Below, in pieces: positions 18,185 through 31,754 of a DNA stretch of 64,000 bases; position 1 is the first letter of the stretch; every line of letters begins with the position of its first letter. Position numbers and translations under genes: made by a program. The stretch lies in NCBI RefSeq assembly GCF_009914755.1, contig NC_060935.1. One strand, written 5' to 3'. This stretch comes from the human T2T-CHM13v2.0 reference genome, Homo sapiens. The notes under the pieces are model-generated. The model was not told the DNA's origin. It saw nothing but the letters and a program-made list of their open reading frames with translations, and searched no databases.

Positions 18185-21100
18185 TCCAGATTTGTTCTTT
18201 TTGCATAGTCTTGCTTTGGCCATGCATGCTCTCTTTTGGTTTCATATGAATTATAGAATTGTTTTTTCTAATTCTGTGAAAAATGATGGTTTTATTTTCA
18301 TGGGAATCGCATTGAATTTGTAGATTGCTTTTGGCAGTATGGTCATTTTCACAATACTGATTCTACCCATCCATTAACATGGGATGTGTTTCCATTTGTT
18401 TGTGTCATCCATGATTTCTTTCAGCAGTGTTTTGTAGCTTTCCTTGTAGGGGTCTTTTGTCTCCTTGGTTAGGTTTATTCCTAAGTATTTTAATTTTTTT
18501 GCAGCTACGATAAAAGGGGTTGGGTTCTTGATTTGATTCTTCACTTGGTCTCTGTTGGTGTATAGAAGAGCAACTGATTAGTGTACATTAATTTTGTATC
18601 TGGAAACTTTGCTGAATTCTTTTATCAGTTCTAGGAACTTTCTGGAGGAGTCTCTAGTGTTTTCAAGGTAAACAATCATATCATCAGCAAACAGTGACAG
18701 TTTGACTATCAGTAATATGCTGAAGAGGAGTGGTGAGAGTGGGCATCCTTGTCTTGTTCCAGTTCTCAGAGGGAATGCTTTCAACTTTTCCCCATTCAGT
18801 ATTATGTTGGCCGTGGGTTTGTCATAGATGGCTTTTATTACATTGATGTATGTCCTTTGTATGCCAGTTTTGCTGAGAGTTTTAATTATAATGAGATGCT
18901 GGATTTTGTCAAGTGCTTTTCCTGCTGTTAGTCTGATGGGGTTCCCTTTGTGGGTAACCCGAACTTTCTCTCTGGCTGCCCTTAACATTTTTTCCTTCAT
19001 TTCAACCTTGGTGAATATGATGACTATGTGTCTTGGGGTTACTCTTCTTGAGGAGTGTCTTTGTGGTGTTCTCTGTAGTTCCTGAATTTGAATGTTGGCC
19101 TGTCTTGTTAGATTGGGGAAGTTCTCCTGGATAATATTCTGAAGAGTGTTTTCCAACTTGTTTCCATCCTCCCCATCACTTTCAGGTACACCAAGCAAAT
19201 GTGGGTTTGGTCTTTTAGTCCCATATTTCTTGGGGATTTTGTTCATTCCTTTTCATTCTTTTTTCTCTAATCTTGTCTTCATGCTTTATTTCATTAAGTT
19301 GATCTTCAATCTCTGATATCCTTTCTTCCGTTTGATCAATTCAGCTATTGATACTTGTGTATGCTTCACGAAGTTCTCGTGTTGTGTTTTTCAGCTCCAT
19401 CAGGTCATTTATGTTATTCTCTAAACTGGTTATTCTAGTTAGCAATTCCTCTAACCTTTTTTCAACGTTCTTAGCTTGAGATGTGAGGTATCATTCCAGT
19501 CATCATGCTATTTGTCACATTTATACCTTGGTTTTTTGGTTTTTCTTTTTTTTTAATTCTATTTTTGTTTTATAGGTCCTGTGAGATTTAGGCTTTAAAG
19601 AGGTTCTATTTTAATGTGTTTCCAGGATTTGTTTCAAGATTTAGAGGTCCTTTTAGCAATTCTTGTAGGGGTGGCTTAGTAATGGTGAATTCTCTCAGCA
19701 TTTGTTTATCTGAAAAAGACAATCTTTCCTTCATATGGGATGTTTAGTTTCACTGGATACAAAATTCTTGGCTGATAATTGTTTTGTTTGAGGAGGCTGA
19801 AGATAGGACCCCAATCCCTTCTAGCTTGTAGGGTTTCTTCTGAGAAATCTTCTGTTAATCTGATAGGTTTTCCCTTTTAGGTTACCTGGTGCTTTTGTCT
19901 CACAGCGCTTAAGCTTCTTTCCTTCGTCTTAACTTTAGATAACCTGACGACAATGTGCCTAGGCGATTATCTATTTGAGATGAATTTCACAGGAGTTCTT
20001 TGTGCTTCTTATATTCGCGTGTCTAGTTCTCTAGCAAGGCTGGGGAAGTTTTCCTCAATTTTTCCCCCAAATATGTTTTCCAAACTTTTAGATTTCTCTT
20101 CTTACTCAGGAACACCAAATATTCTTAGGTTTGGTCATTTAGCATAATCCCAGACTTTTTGGAGGCTTTGTTCATATTTTCTTGTTCTTTTTTCATTTAT
20201 TTATTTTTTTGTCTTTGTTAGATTGGGTTAATTTGAAGATCTTGTCTTCGAGCTCTGAATTTCTTTCTTCTGCTTGTTCAATTCTATTGCTGAGGCTTTC
20301 CAGAGCATTTTGCATTTCTATAAGTGTATCCAATATTTCCTGAAGTTTCTTTTGCTTTTTCTTTATGCTATCTATTTCCTTGAATATTTCTCCCTTCACT
20401 TCTTGTATCATTTTTTACTTCCCTGCCCTGAGCTTTGCCTTTCTCTGGTGCCTCCCTGATTAGCTTAATAACTAACCTCTTGAATTCTTTTTCAGGTAAA
20501 TCAAGAATTTCTTCTTGGTTTGGATCCATTGCTGGTGAGCTAGTGTAATGTTGGGGGGTTGTTTAAGAGCCTTGTTTTGTCATTTTACCAGAGTTGGTTT
20601 TCTGGTTCCTTCTCATTTGGGTAGGTCTAGGGCTAAAGGCTGTTGTTCAGGTTATTTTGTCCCATGGTGTTCCCTTGATGGAGTACTCTCCCTTTTTCTA
20701 GGGATGTGGCTTCCTGAGAGCTGAGCTGCACTGATTGTTATCTCGCTTCTGGATCTAGCCATCCAACAAGTCTACCAGGCTCTGGGCTGGTACTGGGGAT
20801 TGTCTGCAGAGTCCTGTGATTTGAACTGTCTATTGGTCTCTCGGCCATGGATACCAGCACCTGTTCTGGTGGAGGTGGCTAGTGGGTGAAATTGACTCTA
20901 TGCAGGTTCTTAGCTTTGGTGGTTTAATGTTCTATTTTTGTGCTGGTTGGCCTCCTGGCTGGGGGTGGCACTTTCCAGAGAACATCAGCTGTGGAGAGAA
21001 ACCAGCAGTGAATGGGGCCCTAGAACTCCCAAGAATATATGCCTTTTGTCTTCAGAAGTTGGGTAGGAAAAGGCTATCAGGTGGGGGCAGGACTAGGCAT

Positions 21101-21930
21101 GTCTGAGCTCAGACTCTCCTTGGGTGGGTCTTACTACAGCTGCTGTTGAGGATAGGGGTGAGGTTCCCAGGTCAAAGGAGTTGTGTATTTAGGAGTATTA
21201 TGGCTGCCTCTGCTGAGTAATGCAGGTTGTCAGGGAAGTGGGGGAAAGCCCACAGTCACAGGCCTCACCCAGCTCCCATGCAATCCAAAGAGCTGGTCTC
21301 ACTCCCATTGTGTCCCACTAACAGCACCGAGTCTGTTTTCCAGGCAGTGAGTGAGCAGGGCTTTAGAACCTTCCCCAGGCTCCCCACCTCCCAGCTGCAA
21401 GAGAAAAGGGCTTTAGTTCTTTCTCTGCCTGTGGAGTCTGCAGGCCAAATTCGCACTCTCTCCCAAGTTCTGGCCAGGAGGCTTCACATCCAGTTCAAAT
21501 TATTACAAAGTTCAGCTGCAGATATCCTTCTTCCTGTGACATTTTTCTGCCTCTCTCCACAGCCCCCCACAAAGTGCCAGGCAGGAATGGCTGGCATGGG
21601 GGCCTAGCAAGCTCCCAGGGCCTTTCCTGCTGCTTCCTCTACCCCTGTATTTCTCTTGGCTCTCTAAATTAACTCAGCTCCAGGTAAGGTCAGAAACTTC
21701 CTGCAAAGTAGACCTTCAGTTTCCCCAGTGGGGGTGTGTGTTCAGGGGTGGAGGATCTCTCTTTTCTACTTCTGCAGTTTGGGCACTCATCGTATTTGGG
21801 ATATCTCCTGGCTCCTGCAGGAGCAGTCGGCTTCCTCCAAAGGGTCTGTGGGTCCTTTCAGGAATCCCGTTTTGTTTCTGCAGTCATTCTGGAGCTAAAA
21901 TTCACGATGCAAGCCTCCAAACACTGCACT
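18185..21930 (-). mobile_element. Rearranged L1PB-type element (5'UTR, ORF1, partial ORF2) containing an L1PA ORF1 patch at 18925-19477
   Basis: L1PB-like ORF1 (MIQEVKGEIFKEIDS...) and 5'UTR; chimeric ORF 19246-18578. Confidence 0.75.
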
Positions 21931-24179
21931 TCAATTGCATTTTCAACTCCAAAATTTCTGCTTCATTATTTTTAATTATTTCAATTTCTTTGTCAAATTT
22001 ATCTGATAAAATTCTGATTTTTTTCTCTGTGTTATCTTTAATTTCATAGATTTTCCTCAAAAGAGCCATTCTGAATTCTCTATGTGAAAGGTCACATATC
22101 TCTGTCTCTCCAGGATTGGTCCCTAGTGCCTTATTTAGTTTACTTGGTGAGGTAATGTTTCCTGGATGGTGCTGATGCTTGTGGATGTTCATCAGTGTCT
22201 GGGCACTGAAAACTTAGGTATTTATTGTAGTCTTCACAGTCTGAGTTTGTTTGTACACATCTTTCTTGGGAAAGTTTTCCATGTATGCAAAGGGACTTTG
22301 GTGATTTGATCTGTTTTTCATCACTGCAGACATATGTTCATTAGGAGGGACCCCAAGGCCAGTAATGCTGCAGTTCTTGCAGACCCACAGATATACTGAC
22401 ATCATGGTCATGGATAACATCCAGAAGAATTATCTGGATTACCAGGCAGATACTTTTGTTCTCTTCCCTTACTTTCTCTGAAACAAATGGGCATTTTGTC
22501 TCTATACTGAGCTGCCTCGAGCTGGGGGAGGGGTAACACAAGCACCTCTGTGGCCACCACCACTGGAACTGCACTGTATCAGACCTGAAGCCAGTATAGC
22601 ACTGGGTATCACCCAAGGCCCATAGTAATCACTGCCTGGCTACTGCCTAGGTTTGCCCAAGGCCCTAGGGCTCTACAGTCAGCAGTTGTCAAAGCTGGCT
22701 AGGTTCATGTTATTCCCTTCACGGTCACAAGTTCCCTACAACCACAGATGGGTCTATAGATGCCATCCAGCAACCAGGGCTTAGAGTCAGAAACCTTTGA
22801 AATCTATCTGGTGTTTTATTCTACTGTGGCTGAGCTGGCACCCAAGGCACAAAAGAAAGTCTTTTCCATTCTTCCCACCCTTTTCCACAAGCAGAGGAGT
22901 CATCTCATGGCCACCACCACCCCACGTTTATGGTAAGTACTACCTGTTTATTGCCAATGTGCACTCAAGGTCTAAGTGTTCTTCAGTCAGCTTGTGTGAA
23001 TGCTGCTTCCAGGCCTGAGAATTACCTTTCAGGGAAATGGGCTTCCCTCTGGCCCAGAGCAGGTCCCAAACTGCCATCCAAGAGCCCAGGCTTGGATTTA
23101 TGGACCCCAAGACCCCACTTGGTGTTCTATCCTATGGTGGCTGAGTTGGTACCTAAGCTGCAAGACGAAGCCTCCTTTAATCTTGGCTCTTCTTTTCTCA
23201 AGTAGAAGGAGTGTCTCCCCTTAATTACCACAGCTGGAAATATGCCAGGTCCCACCTGAAGCCAGCACAAGGCAGAGTCTCACCCAAGGCCAATCGAGTG
23301 AACTACCTGGCCACCACTGATGATTATTCAGGACCCAAGGTTTTTTAGTCAGCAGGTGATGAATCCTGTCAGGCCTGCGTCCTTCCCTTCAAGGCAGTAC
23401 GTTTCCTTCTGCCCCTGGAGATGTCTGGAGATGTCATCTGGGAGCTACATCCTAGAATGCAGGCCCCAGGACCCTATTCTACTGTGGCTGAAATAGTATC
23501 CATGTTGCAAGACAAAGTCCTCTTCATTCTTCCCTCTCCTCTCCTCAAGTCAAAGGGAGAATTCTCTCCTGGAGCTGCAAGCTGCTGGGGTCTCACTAGA
23601 TCACAGGTCCCCTGAGTTCACTGATCCCAGGCCCAGCACAGCACCAGGGTTTGCCTAGGAATAGCAGTCCTTGTAGCCAAGACTGTCTTTTAAGTTTATT
23701 TAAGACCCCATAGACCTTTAGTCCATGATGGTGAGGCTTGTCAGAACCCAGATTCTGACCACTGGGATGGGCGATTCCCCTCTGGCTAGGGCTGGTCTAA
23801 ATGCTCCCTCCATGGTTGCTGGCTGAGTTCTGTCTGGTGCTGCTTTCCTCTGTGACAGGGCAGCACTGATTCCCAATGCAAAGTCCCACAATCACTGTGC
23901 TCTCTATCCCCCAAGCACACAAAGATGCCCTGCACCAGGCAGCCACTGCTGGGAGATGGGCAGGGTTGGCACTGGCAATTCAAGGAAGTCTTTCCTACCC
24001 TCTTCAGTGTCTCTTTCAGTGATATGAAATTAAAACCAAGTACTGTGATCTCCCACTTTATTTTTGGCTCTTATGAAGCTGCCTTTTGTGTGTCGATAAT
24101 TGTTAAATTTTCTGTTTCTGTGGGAAAGATGACCTTAGAGGCTTCTACTCAGCCATCTTGCTCCTCTTCGTTGTTCTGT

Positions 24180-26955
24180 ATTATTATTCCTTCAAAGAAA
24201 CTTTCTACTTCAGTGTATGCATCCTTATTAAGGCAAATAACTCAGACTTAAAAATAATTTATCATCAGGTATTTTTGCAGGCCTCATATTAACCACAAAG
24301 CAAATAGTCTCTAATAGATACATAAAAATGAAAAGCAAGAAGTTAAAACATACTACCACACAAAGTCCTTATACACAAAAAAGAAAGGAAGAAGGTATAT
24401 AGAGGACTTACAAAGTAACCACAAAACAAATAACAAAACGGCAGTTATAAATTCTTACCTATTAATTGCATTGAATGTACATGGACTAAATTCTCCAATT
24501 AAAAGACATGAAATAGCTGAATGGGTTAAAAAACAAGGCCCAACTCTAAGTTCCTACAAGTAATGTACTTCACCTGTAAAATTACACCTGCACTAGAAAT
24601 GAATGGAGAGAAAAAGGTATTCCATGCAAACAGAGGGCAAAAAAGAGCAGGAGCTGCTATGGTGATATCCAATAAAATAGATTTCACATCAATACTGTAA
24701 AAACAGACAAAGGAGATCATTATATAATGATAAAGGGGTCAAATCAGTAAGAAGATATAAAAACTGCAAATATATGTGTTATCAACATGGGAGCACCTAG
24801 ATATATAAAGTAAATACTACTAGAACTAAAGAGATAGACCCCAGTACAAAAATAGTTGAGAATTTCAACAACCAACATTCTGCATTGATAAGTTCCTCTA
24901 GATGGAAAATCAAAAAAGAAACATTGGACTTTATTTTCATGATAGATGAAATAGACTTAATAAATTTTTACAGAACATTTTACTCAGCAAATGCAGGATG
25001 TACATTCTTCCCATCAGCACATGCAGCATTCTTTAGATAGACCATGTTAGAACACAAAAACTTCTCAGGAAATTTTAAAATTTCAGTCATATCAAGTTAT
25101 CTTTTCTGATCACATTGGAATAAAACAATAACAAAAGGAACTTTGAAAAATATACAAATACCTGAAAATTAAACAATATGCTCCTAAATGACAAATGGGT
25201 CAATCAAGGAATTAAGAAGAAAATTAAAAATTTCTTGAACCAAATGAAAATGGAAACACAATATACCAAACCTTTGAGATATGGCAAAAGAAGCACTAAC
25301 AGGTATGTTTATAGCAATAAACACCTACCTCAAAACAGTAGAAAGACTTCAAATAGCCTAGGATGTACCTTAAAGAAGTAGAAATGCAACAACAAATGAA
25401 ACCCAAAATTAGCAGCAGGAAAGAAATAATAAAGATCAGAGCAAGAAATAAACGAAATTGATACAAAAAATACAAGTCAAAAGTTGTTTTGTGAAAAATA
25501 AACAACATCAACAAGGCTTTATGCAAACTAAGAAAAAAATAGAGAAAACAAAAATAAATCAAATTGAAGATAAAAAAGAGATATTACAACTGACATCACA
25601 GAAATCCAATGGATCATTAGAGACTATTATGAGCAACTTTATGCCAATAAATTGAAAACCCTAGAAGAGGTGGATAAATTTTTTTGACACATAGAATATT
25701 GATTGAACCAAGTTGACACATTAAGAAATACAAACCATGAACAGAGCAATAACCAGCAGCAAGACACCAGCAGTAATAAAAAGTCCTCCATCAAAGAACA
25801 ATCTAGAACCTGATAGCTTCAGAACAACTGAATTCTACCAAACATTTAAAGAACTCATACCTATTGTACACAAACTATTTGAGAAAATAAAGGAGGTGGG
25901 AATACTTCCAAACTCATTTCACAAGGCCAGCATTACCCTGATGCCAAAACCAGAAACGAACACACACAAAAAAGAAAACATCACTGATGAACATAGATGT
26001 AAAAATTCTCAACAAAATAGTAGCAAACAAAATTTTAAAACACATTAAAGAGATCATTCATCACGACCAAGTGTGATTCATCCCAAGGATGCAAGAATGG
26101 TTCTGCATAGGCAAGTCAATAAACATAAAACATAACATTAGTAGGATCAAGGACAAAAATATATAATCATTTCAACAGACGCCAAAAGCATATGATAAAA
26201 TTCGAATTCTCTCTTTATGATAAAAGCTCTCAACAAACTGAGCATAAAAGGAAAATACCTCAAAACAATAAGATCATATGTAACAAACCCACAGCTAACA
26301 CCATAGAGAATGGGGAAAAAAATGAAAGCTCTTCTTCTAAGATCATGTAGAAGACAAGTATGCCCACTTTCACCACTTTTACTCAATACAGTAGTGGACG
26401 TCCTACCCAGAGCAACTAGGCAAGAGAAAAAAATAAAAGGAATCCATATTGGAAAGGAAGAAATCAAAATGTCCTCATTTGCATATGATATAATTTTATA
26501 TTTACAAAAACCCAAAGACCCTCTCAAAAATCTATCTGAATAAACAAAAAATTCAGTAAAGTCGCAGGATACAAAATCAACATAAAACATAATTACCATA
26601 ACTATATTTCAATAAACAGCAATCTGAAAAGGAAATTAAGAAAGCAATCTCATTTGCAATTCGTTACAAAAAGTAAAATACCTAGTAATAAACTACACCA
26701 AAGAACTGAAAGATTTCTACAATGAAAACAATAAGCTGATACAAAAAATAGAAAGACATCCCATGTGCATGGATTAGAAGAACCAATATTGTTAAAATGT
26801 CCCTATTACCCAAGGCAATCTACAGATTCAATGCAATCTCTATCAAAATACCAATGACATTCTTCACAGAATTTTTTTTAGTCCTAAAAGTTACACAAAA
26901 TCAAAAAAGACCCATAAAGCGAAAGAAATCCTAAGCAAAAAGAACAAAGCTGGAG
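24180..26955 (+). mobile_element. L1MA-type ORF2 fragment, sense
   Basis: Degenerate EN/RT peptides (e.g. [11 protein letters not shown]...SFAYDIILYL). Confidence 0.8.
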
Positions 26956-27931
26956 TGGCTGAGCTAATTTGCATTCCCACCCGCAGTCTACTAGTGTTCC
27001 CTTTTCTCCACAACCTCACCAGCATGTTGATTTTTGACTTTTTAATAACAGCCATTCTGACTGGTGTAAGATGCTATCTCATTATTGCTTTCATTTGTAT
27101 TTCTCAAATGATTAGTGATGTTATAAGTTTTTTTATATGCTTGTTGGCCATGTGTATGTCTTCTCTGGAGAACTGTCAGTTCATGTCCTTTGCCCATTTT
27201 TAATGGGTTTGTTTGTTTGTTTGTTTTATTGTTGCTTTATTTGAGTCCCACATAGAGTCCAAACATTAGACCTTTGTCAAATGCATAACCTGCAAATATT
27301 TTTTCCCATTCTATAGGTTGTCTGTTTACTCTGGTGTTAGCTTCCTTTGCTGTTCAGAAGCTCCTTGGTTTAATTAGTTCCTGCTTTTCAATTTTTGGTT
27401 TTGTTGCAATTGCTTTTTGGAGTCTTTATCATAAAATCTTTGCCAGGGCTGATGTTCAGCGTGGTATTTCCTCTTTTCTTCTGTGTTTTTAACACTTTTA
27501 CATCTTACATTCAAGCCTTTCATCCATCTTGGGTTGAATTTTGTATATGGTCAAAGGAAGGGGTCTAGTTTCAAAATTTTGCATATTGCTAGCCAGTTAT
27601 CCAAGCACTATCTATTGAATAGGGAGTCTTTCCCCATTGCTTGCTTTTGTCAGCTTTGTCAAAGATCAGGCAGTTGTAGATATGTGGCTTTATTTCTGGG
27701 TTATCTAATGACTGTGTTGCATTGGTCTATGTATCTGCTCTTATGCCAGTATCATGCTGTTTTCATTACTGTAGCCTTGTTGTGTAGTTTGAAATCAGGT
27801 AGTGTGATGCCTCTCACTCTGTTCCTTTTGTTTAGGATTGATTTGGCTATTTGAGCTCCACTGTGACATTTACCCATGTAACAAACCTACATGTGTACCC
27901 CTAACCTAAAATGAAAGTTGAAAAAAAAAAA
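26956..27931. mobile_element. L1 with inverted ORF2 segment (26956-27858, minus) followed by a sense 3' end and poly(A)
   Basis: Abrupt strand switches at 26955/26956 and near 27859; tail aacaaacctacatgtgtacccctaacctaaaatgaaagttg(A)n. Confidence 0.75.
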
Positions 27932-28249
27932 GGTTTTTAACTAAATGTAAAATTATGTTTTAAAAGATCACATAATTAGTAAATGGTACAATCAGAACTT
28001 GAACACTAATCTGACATTAAATCTTGCACTTCTAGCCATTATACCATATTACTTTCCTTTTACACTATACTGTCTTCACTCAATATGTAATTATTTTGGA
28101 AATTAAGGACACTAAAATTCCCATAAACACTAACATTTTTAGAATATTTGTATGTTTGCTCACCTTTCACCATTTTTTGAAGTTCACACATATACATGCT
28201 CATCAACTTTTGCTTCAGCTTCCCTGAAGGAAGATCTAAGGAGAAGAAA

Positions 28250-29800
28250 AACACTTTCCAAAATATATCAATACAAAAGATTGTTATAAAAAGTCAATGA
28301 CATATAATTGACAATTGGATAAATGGACAGATTCTAAGAATTTCAGACTATTAAGTGAAATTAATATAGTCAGAAGACTAAAAACCAAATATATAAAAGT
28401 AAAAAAGAATTCCATATTAATCCATTTTCTGATTAAATTATCAAAGAAAAGAGAGAATTTTGAAAGCAGCAAGATAAAGTGACTGACTTGTTACATACTA
28501 AGAGAATGTCCTCCATAAGACGATTGGGGGATGGCAGATTTCTGCAGAAACCTTGTAGGCCAACAGAGAGTGGGATGATATGTTCAGAGAGATGAAAAAA
28601 TAAAAGGCTAACAAAAATTACTGTATCTTGCATACCATCCCTCAATAATGAAAAGAAATACTTTCCCACACAAACAAAAGTTGAGTGAGTCTGTCAGCAC
28701 CCCACCTCCATTATTATTATTTCCAAAGGGAAACCTTGAACTTTAAAAAATGGCACTAAAGAGCAGCATGAGAGCATATGAACATATAAAGCTCACTGAT
28801 AAATGACTAATGTGAAAAGTCCAGTATTAATATTATACTCAACAATAAAAAACTGAAAACTCTTCCTTTAAGATCAAGAACAAGATAAGGATTCTACTCT
28901 CACCACTTCTATTCAATATAGTCCTTGAAATTCTAACAAGAGCAATTAGGGAAGAAAAAGAGATAAAAAGGTAAGAAAAGGAGATAAAATATGAAGTGTT
29001 TTATGGAGGATTAAACACGTAAAAAATGAAATAGCATCCTATACCTATTAGGATTATCATTATCAAAAATAAATAAATAAATCAATCAATCAATCAATAA
29101 ATAAACAAGAAATAATAAGTGTTCAAAGGATATGGAGAAATTGGAACCCTTGTATATTGTTGGTGGCCATATAAAATGCTACACTCACCATGAAGACACT
29201 ATGGAGGTTAGAACTACCATATGATTCTGTATTTTCAGTTATGGGATCTCAATTCTTCAGAAAAGAATTGAAATCAGTATTTGGAAGAGATATTTGCACT
29301 CCCATATGTTCATTGCAGCATTATTCACAATTGCCAAGATATGGAAGCAACTTAACTATTCATTTACATATGAATGAATAAGCAAAATATGTTATATACC
29401 TATAATGGAATATTAGCCTCAAAAAAGAAAGAAAAAGGTCATACCCAACATGTATGAACCTTGGGCTAGCACAGAAGAACAAACACTGTCTGATTTCACT
29501 TATATGAGATATCTAAAAAAAAGTCAACTCATAGAAGCAGAAAGTAGGATAGTGGTTTTCAGGGACAGCGGACAGAGGGGAATAGGGAGTTGTCATTTAA
29601 GGGCATAAAGTATCAGTTATGCAAGATGCAAATGTCTTGGAAATCTGCTGTACAACATTATGCTTACAGTAAATACTGTACTGTATCTAAAAATTTGTTA
29701 AGTAGGTAAATCTCTCAGCTTAAGGAGATTTTGGGCTGAGACGATGGGGTTTTCTAGGTAAATCTCATCTTATGTATTTTTATCACAATATTTTAAAAAT
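28250..29800 (+). mobile_element. Ancient L1M fragments ending in an L1MB-like 3'UTR
   Basis: ORF1/ORF2 remnants and 3' end motif agaagcagaaagtaggatagtggtt...gtactgtatctaaaaatttgttaag. Confidence 0.65.
29715..29754 (-). mobile_element. 40-bp young L1PA ORF2 micro-insertion with 12-bp duplication
   Basis: 29715-29757 is the exact reverse complement of 48224-48266; flanked by taggtaaatctc at 29703-29714 and 29755-29766. Confidence 0.9.
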
Positions 29801-29894
29801 GAATAAGTGTTTTGAGAGCCCCCAACTAAATTTGGATTTCAGTACCAGAGTGGTTAAAAACCCTGCCCTAAAAAGAAAATGAATGGGAGCTGGA

Positions 29895-30705
29895 TGTAGG
29901 GGTTTACAGTGTTCACGCAATACTTTTCCTTCAGTGGATGGCCTGATGCCTAGTTGTTTGACCCTTGACCAGGGGAACCTTCACACAGGAAGCTTGTTTA
30001 TACTGGCAGATGCCCTTGGGGCTCTTATCCGACCCATGTACAGTTTATGTCTGCCTGACCATTGCTCTGGCACTGGTTGCCTAACATTGTGTTCTCACTG
30101 CAGTCCTAGGGAAAACCCAGCCTGAAACAGCCCCTAGTTTTTCAGACAGAAAGCGTAAATTCAGTACACCACCACAAGAAGAAGCAAATTCAAAGATGTC
30201 TACTTACAGATCCTGGGAAAGGAGAGAATAATGAATTGGGAGGGCAGTGTTCTGTCCCCATGTCAGATGAGGCAGAAATGAAGCAACTGGCTGAGAAACC
30301 AAAATCTCAGAAATCACCACTACAGGACTTATCTATGTAACCAAACACCACCTGTTCCCCAAAAGCTATTGAAATAATAACAATAATAATAATAATAATA
30401 ATAAAAGGAATACATGGCAACTAGCAGTTTATATAAAGAAATCAGGTGTGGGTCACTTAAAGTTTGCAGGTAAATGCCTGAATAGTTCATTTAAAGGAAG
30501 CAACAGGAAAGCAGGGAACCCAGTCAGCTAAACAGGAGAGATGACTCAAAGTTATCTCTGGCTTCTGGTTTGAGCAATTTGGAAGTGGTGTGAGAACTAG
30601 AAACTGTGTCAAGGGCGACTAAGCCCTGCTGTGCTGTGAGAAAGTTAAACTTGTAATCAAAATGAACGATGAGACAACATAAAATTGTAGGAATTCCCTC
30701 TAACA
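29895..30705. mobile_element. Probable solo ERV LTR (family not assigned), interrupted by an L1PB/MA 3' tail at about 30297-30406
   Basis: TG...CA termini and LTR-like composition; embedded aaatcaccact...cctgttccccaaaagctattgaaat(AAT)n. Confidence 0.5.
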
Positions 30706-31754
30706 AGATACATATGTATTCTGAAAACGTAATAAAAACTATTGACTCCTTTCTATGCTAATAAACAAAACCATCACGAGGTTATATGCCATTAAACATA
30801 AGTAATATAAAAATAGGTTTCCTTGTTGCATTCTGGATTTACTACACAGGACCAACTACACAGTGAATGCTGTGGATATACAATCTGTCACTCAATAAGT
30901 TGTACATTTTAGTGACATTTCTGATTGTAATGGAGGTAAATGGACATTTCAGCTCCTGAGGTACTCACTGGGAGTTTGACTAATATCTGTAAATTTTTAC
31001 TTTTAATTTTGTGGCCCTCAGGATAGTGAATTGTCTTGCAGTGGTTTTTGTTGTCATGTGAGCAAATTGGCTTTAGAATACTAATAAAAGCAATTACTTA
31101 TAATAAATAAATAAACCTCAGGCCCCATAGTTTAATCCTCCATAAAACACTTGCTGTCTTCCAAAAAATTAATGACAATTATGACCATCATCGTCTTACC
31201 ATCATTTTACGATAATTTAAAAATCAACATATTGTGGTATCTTCAGTTCTCTTTGTCACTTACTTTAGCTTTGAGAGACAGGACTTGGTGGTTGAAATAT
31301 GAGTTTGAGACTTGGTTTGCTTTTGTGGAGGAAGGTGGCAGCATTTTCAAATGGAACTGTCTTCTTTTCCCACACTTTTAGTCATCATCTTTGTAGGTAG
31401 TATTATACTTTTGTCTCATTTTTATCAAATAGAAGCTACCAAAGATACCTTTGAAAAGTCTTCAGAAATTATCCTGCTTCATAAGACACAGTCTGTATCT
31501 CTTTCTGAACATATTTAAGCATCTAACTTCCAGCCTCTTCTCTAGTATTAATAACTTCTTCACAAATAGTTCCATAATGTTATCATTATCACTTAATAGA
31601 TTTCTTTAAATCACGTTGCAAGAAAATATTCCATGAAATAGACCCAGCCTTTATACTTTAACAATCCCTAGCTGCCTGGGCCAATATTATTCTCATTTGT
31701 AGGATGTAGGCTCCACAGATTATAATATGTTTCTTTCCTTTTTAATCATCACAG

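Larger units (their letters stand above)
12381..24170 (-). mobile_element. Older L1 (L1MA/L1M1-type) host element, ORF2-ORF1-5'UTR, split by later insertions at 14432-16081 and 17963-21930
   Basis: Antisense L1 order resumes after each insertion; 5' start aagatggctgagtagaagc on the minus strand near 24160. Confidence 0.75.
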
